DNA of 64,000 nucleotides from Porphyridium purpureum (Eukaryota): NCBI GenBank assembly GCA_008690995.1, contig VRMN01000005.1, positions 434,001 to 498,000 of the forward strand, read 5' to 3'. Shown piece by piece: positions 60,627 to 64,000 of this stretch (position 1 is its first letter; each line of letters starts with the position of its first letter). The notes under the pieces were generated by a model. It saw only the letters and a program-made list of their open reading frames with translations, ran no database searches and was not told where the DNA came from. The position numbers and the translations under genes were made by a program.

Positions 60627-62639
60627 ATGGCGTTCTTCTCGAGCGCGTGCGCGTCGCAGGGCTCGCTCGGAATCCTTGCGTGCGTCTTTTTCGTGGCGAA
60701 GGTGACCCAAGGCGCGCATATCGCCGATCAATGGAACTTTCGAGCGCTTGCGCGCCAATCTGACCCGTCGCCCGTTGATGTAATCTCGGTGAACGCATCA
60801 ACTGGTGCAGAGACGCGCACGTTTATCTTCAATGAATGGCTTACGTTAGAGCCCGGCTCGAAACGGACTGTGCAAATCGATTTTGCTCCCGGGGCATCGG
60901 CACAACGTGCTCTGGTTGTCGAGGTGGCTTATGACGACTCGCTGCCTTTGGACAAGCGACCAGATCCACTTGTGTCGGTCAGGGATGATATAGAGCCGCT
61001 GGTTGTGGCCGGAGACCTGGAGCAGCCCGACATAGACATCGTCTTGAAGCAGGCAAAGGTGTCAGTATTTGCAGACGCGTGGGACGACGTAGCATACTAT
61101 ACAAAGCGTAACTTCCAACACGCAGTGCTTCCTCTGAATGTTTCAAGCTCTGATGCAAATCAGTCAGTATTCGTGCAGCTGCAGAATATTGCCATACCAA
61201 GGAGGAACACGTTTTTAGGACGACTTACTATGCTGGTCGTTCCGTATGAAAGGAGCCCTGAAAGTTCGGATGTAGGGCAGTCGTGCCCTTCTTACTCGAA
61301 TGTGTCGTTCCCACTGGACGTCAACCCACCCGAACTGGCCAACGCCGAAACGCCCATGTGCAATCCGTATCTGTTTGGCGAATCTGAACCTTTCTGCTCG
61401 GCTCTTACCGGACAGTGCGAATGCCCAGACCGAGATCCACCCGAATCTGGCGCCAGTTTCAAAGGCTTTGCGTGCGAGCGTCGAGTCTATCCCTTGCGGC
61501 ATCCGAATGGGCCACTGTACATCGAAAGGCAGCTTCTGCCTGGAATTCCAACGGTGGCCGAGTTCACTGTGAGCCGTCCAGGTAAGGTGGCGGTCCTCTT
61601 TGATTACTACAAGACTAACAATGCCTTTGTTTACATGGTCGTGAAGGCTCCGTTTACCGATGGGGGCCCTTCGTTCCACTCATTTTCAACGGGTAATGGA
61701 ACCGAACTGCCGACGCTCTGGGATGCCGCGTTCATCGCGCCAGACGATTCCAAGCGAATCATCCTTGATGACGTGCCGGCTGGGCAAAAGTTGTACGTGG
61801 CGTTTTACAATGTTCGACGAGATACATCTGCGAAAGCCGATTCTGGGCAAATTGGATTTGCTACTTTTGAATGCGGGGAGGAAGGTGAAGAAGATTGTCC
61901 AGATACCCTTCAACAGCCGCTTCCCAAATTCATGCTTATTGTTGGAATCTCGGCAGCCGTGGTCATCTTCATTATGGTGATCTTATTGGTGTTCATGGTG
62001 TTTCGGCGCCAGGCTGCCACCGAGAGCATGGTGGAGGCGCGGCGAGCCGCAGCGGAATCGGAAGCCGCGCGCAAGACGACTGCGAAAGTGAGTGAAGACC
62101 GCATTGACGCGCTCTTTCCGAGCGACACCTATGCCGGCAGGTCGACCACAGCGCAGGGCTCTGGGCTTGACGCGCGCCAGTCGGACAATGAAGAGGGTGA
62201 GGAAGGACCAGACGTGCGCGTTGTTCAATGCAGCGTGTGCCTATGCGGCTTTGAAGAGGGTGATCAAATACGCACGCTGCCTTGCATGCATTTTTACCAC
62301 CGAGCTTGCATTGACGGGTGGATTTCGGCGCGCGTTACATGCCCCGAGTGCCGTGCCATCGTGCGCTCACCGAGCGGCTCGCGGCTGTATAAACCAGGTG
62401 AGTATCACGAAAGGAGCGAAGCTGACGCTGCTGAATCATCCAACTCACCGGGTTCTTCCTCAAGAACCGGAAGTCGGGCTGAAGCGGACAGAGCAGGACC
62501 ACATGTTGCGGACGAGCCCGCGCAGCAACGCACGACGCCTCTTTTCTCAGGGCTCTTTCAAAGCGCCCCCACATTGACGTCGTCTACTCCTCTGCGGACG
62601 AACCTGCCGCCTGCCATGCGCGGCGACATCATGCCTTGA
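60627..62639 (+). CDS. Type I membrane RING-H2 E3 ubiquitin ligase with large ectodomain
   Basis: N-terminal hydrophobic signal, EGF-like GQCECP..GFACE, TM helix, cytosolic CSVC..PCMHFYHRAC..W..CPECR. Confidence 0.85.
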   Translation: MAFFSSACASQGSLGILACVFFVAKVTQGAHIADQWNFRALARQSDPSPVDVISVNASTGAETRTFIFNEWLTLEPGSKRTVQIDFAPGASAQRALVVEVAYDDSLPLDKRPDPLVSVRDDIEPLVVAGDLEQPDIDIVLKQAKVSVFADAWDDVAYYTKRNFQHAVLPLNVSSSDANQSVFVQLQNIAIPRRNTFLGRLTMLVVPYERSPESSDVGQSCPSYSNVSFPLDVNPPELANAETPMCNPYLFGESEPFCSALTGQCECPDRDPPESGASFKGFACERRVYPLRHPNGPLYIERQLLPGIPTVAEFTVSRPGKVAVLFDYYKTNNAFVYMVVKAPFTDGGPSFHSFSTGNGTELPTLWDAAFIAPDDSKRIILDDVPAGQKLYVAFYNVRRDTSAKADSGQIGFATFECGEEGEEDCPDTLQQPLPKFMLIVGISAAVVIFIMVILLVFMVFRRQAATESMVEARRAAAESEAARKTTAKVSEDRIDALFPSDTYAGRSTTAQGSGLDARQSDNEEGEEGPDVRVVQCSVCLCGFEEGDQIRTLPCMHFYHRACIDGWISARVTCPECRAIVRSPSGSRLYKPGEYHERSEADAAESSNSPGSSSRTGSRAEADRAGPHVADEPAQQRTTPLFSGLFQSAPTLTSSTPLRTNLPPAMRGDIMP

Positions 62640-63218
62640 CCCGACCCGCCCCAACTTCCGTCCTGCCATATCATGTAAATGAAGTCTCGAATGAATCACG
62701 GGCCTGAAGCAGACGCATGGTCACGCCCACGGGAGTGCCTCGCTGTGTCCAACGCCCGTGCCAGACCCAACAAACCCACGCAACTGACCGCCCGCCTCGC
62801 CACCGCCATCTCTCAGCAGCTCCACATTCCCACTCGGCGTGTGTCGGCACTGCACACGTGTCCAACAAGCCCACGCGTTATCTGAAGTCAAGACGAGCAC
62901 CAGCAAGGACACAGCCAACGCTCGCGGGGTATAAAAGCAGGAGAAGCGCAGTGACATGCGAGAGGAGAGACGGAGCGGAGGAGAGGCAGAGGCAGAGTCA
63001 TACAGAAGGTGAAGTTTTGGGTTCGCACGGAAGGGGCAGGAGGGCGCAAGGGTCCCTTGCACGGTGAAGAAGTGAACGCAGAGTTAGAGCAGCAGCACGG
63101 AGAGGCACGAGAGTTCGCTTGTCGAGGCTTGGAAATCTGCAGAGGAAGAGCGAGATAGTGTGCGTGTGCGTTGGATCAACGACAGGAGGGGACTGTGGTC
63201 TTGCGGGAAGCAGCTTCC

Positions 63219-64000
63219 ATGTTGTCTGAAGAAGCCGAGGCTGTATCAAACGGCGTGCGGTGTTTGACCATGGCAGACCATGTTGTATCGGCCAATGGGG
63301 CGGTCAAAATGGCGTCCAGCCCCGGAACAAAACAGCGGGGGACACCCAAGGACATTTTCTACTCGAAAAATTATGACCCCGCGAAGCTTCCGTTCAATGT
63401 GGATGAGTATGTGTCGCTCGAACTGCACCACGGTCGACTGCGAGAGCAGCTGCAGCATTACGTGGCCGAGTTCGGGAAGGCTGTACATGCGTTTGATGTC
63501 ATGGACCAGCGCGCCACTAGGACCGGCGAGGCCGAGGAGTGCGACTCAGAAGGGGAAGAAGTCGATGCGTCCGGTGATGGCCCCGCAATCACCAGCAAGG
63601 TAAAGTTTGGCGTGGCTGCCGGCGTGCATGCGGTCAGTGTTGGCGGAAAGGACTTTTATGTTCTCAAGTCGTACGCGGGATTGCCACAGAATGATAGCTG
63701 GTATACAGGGCTTATTGTGTTTGTCAAACTCGCAGACATTGACGAAGGCCGCACGCCGCAGGACATTTTTGACGCATTTCTCAAGGAGATTCTGAAATGG
63801 GCTTGGCAAGAAGAAGAGAAAGACGGCCATATCACCCTATATCGATACAGATTTGATTCGCACGGAGCATGGTGGGAGTCTGAAGGGCTAAAGCGAGGGC
63901 GCCCAATTTCCTCTATTATCATGGACGACCACACGCAAAAATCTCTGATCGATGACATGAACCGATTCATGCGCAAGTCGACGCGAGAGTTCTACTGGAA
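63219..64000 (+). CDS. BCS1-like AAA+ ATPase, N-terminal part (truncated by window end)
   Basis: Manual translation: open frame from ATG 63219 to the end, finishing WWESEGLKRGRPISSIIMDDHTQKSLIDDMNRF..EFY, the segment preceding the AAA domain of BCS1-like proteins. Walker A lies outside the window. Confidence 0.7.
   Translation, partial: MLSEEAEAVSNGVRCLTMADHVVSANGAVKMASSPGTKQRGTPKDIFYSKNYDPAKLPFNVDEYVSLELHHGRLREQLQHYVAEFGKAVHAFDVMDQRATRTGEAEECDSEGEEVDASGDGPAITSKVKFGVAAGVHAVSVGGKDFYVLKSYAGLPQNDSWYTGLIVFVKLADIDEGRTPQDIFDAFLKEILKWAWQEEEKDGHITLYRYRFDSHGAWWESEGLKRGRPISSIIMDDHTQKSLIDDMNRFMRKSTREFYW

Overview
Gene-dense, almost intron-free eukaryotic nuclear DNA, most likely from a unicellular red alga (Porphyridium-like). 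This is inferred from a PsbQ' gene, plastid-targeted FAP/CCB2/LTO1/RbgA/MsrA genes, very short intergenic spacers and only one clear spliceosomal intron. About 37 protein genes (two truncated by the window ends) and one tRNA-His are supported. No transposon or CRISPR array was seen. Family assignments come from recognising motifs by eye, not from database searches. Top observations: (1) a 1303-aa stonustoxin-type MACPF/CDC + FN3 + AIG1/septin-like GTPase + Cys-rich protein, a candidate GTP-gated pore-forming defence effector; (2) a single-polypeptide peroxisomal hydratase-dehydrogenase-thiolase ending in PTS1; (3) a tRNA-His interrupted in its D-loop by a 21-nt intron with a BHB-like motif; (4) two METTL21-family methyltransferase genes head-to-head whose start codons interlock in one TCATGA palindrome; (5) a GTACAG/CTGTAC motif recurring in many promoter-side spacers; (6) a fatty acid photodecarboxylase homologue.
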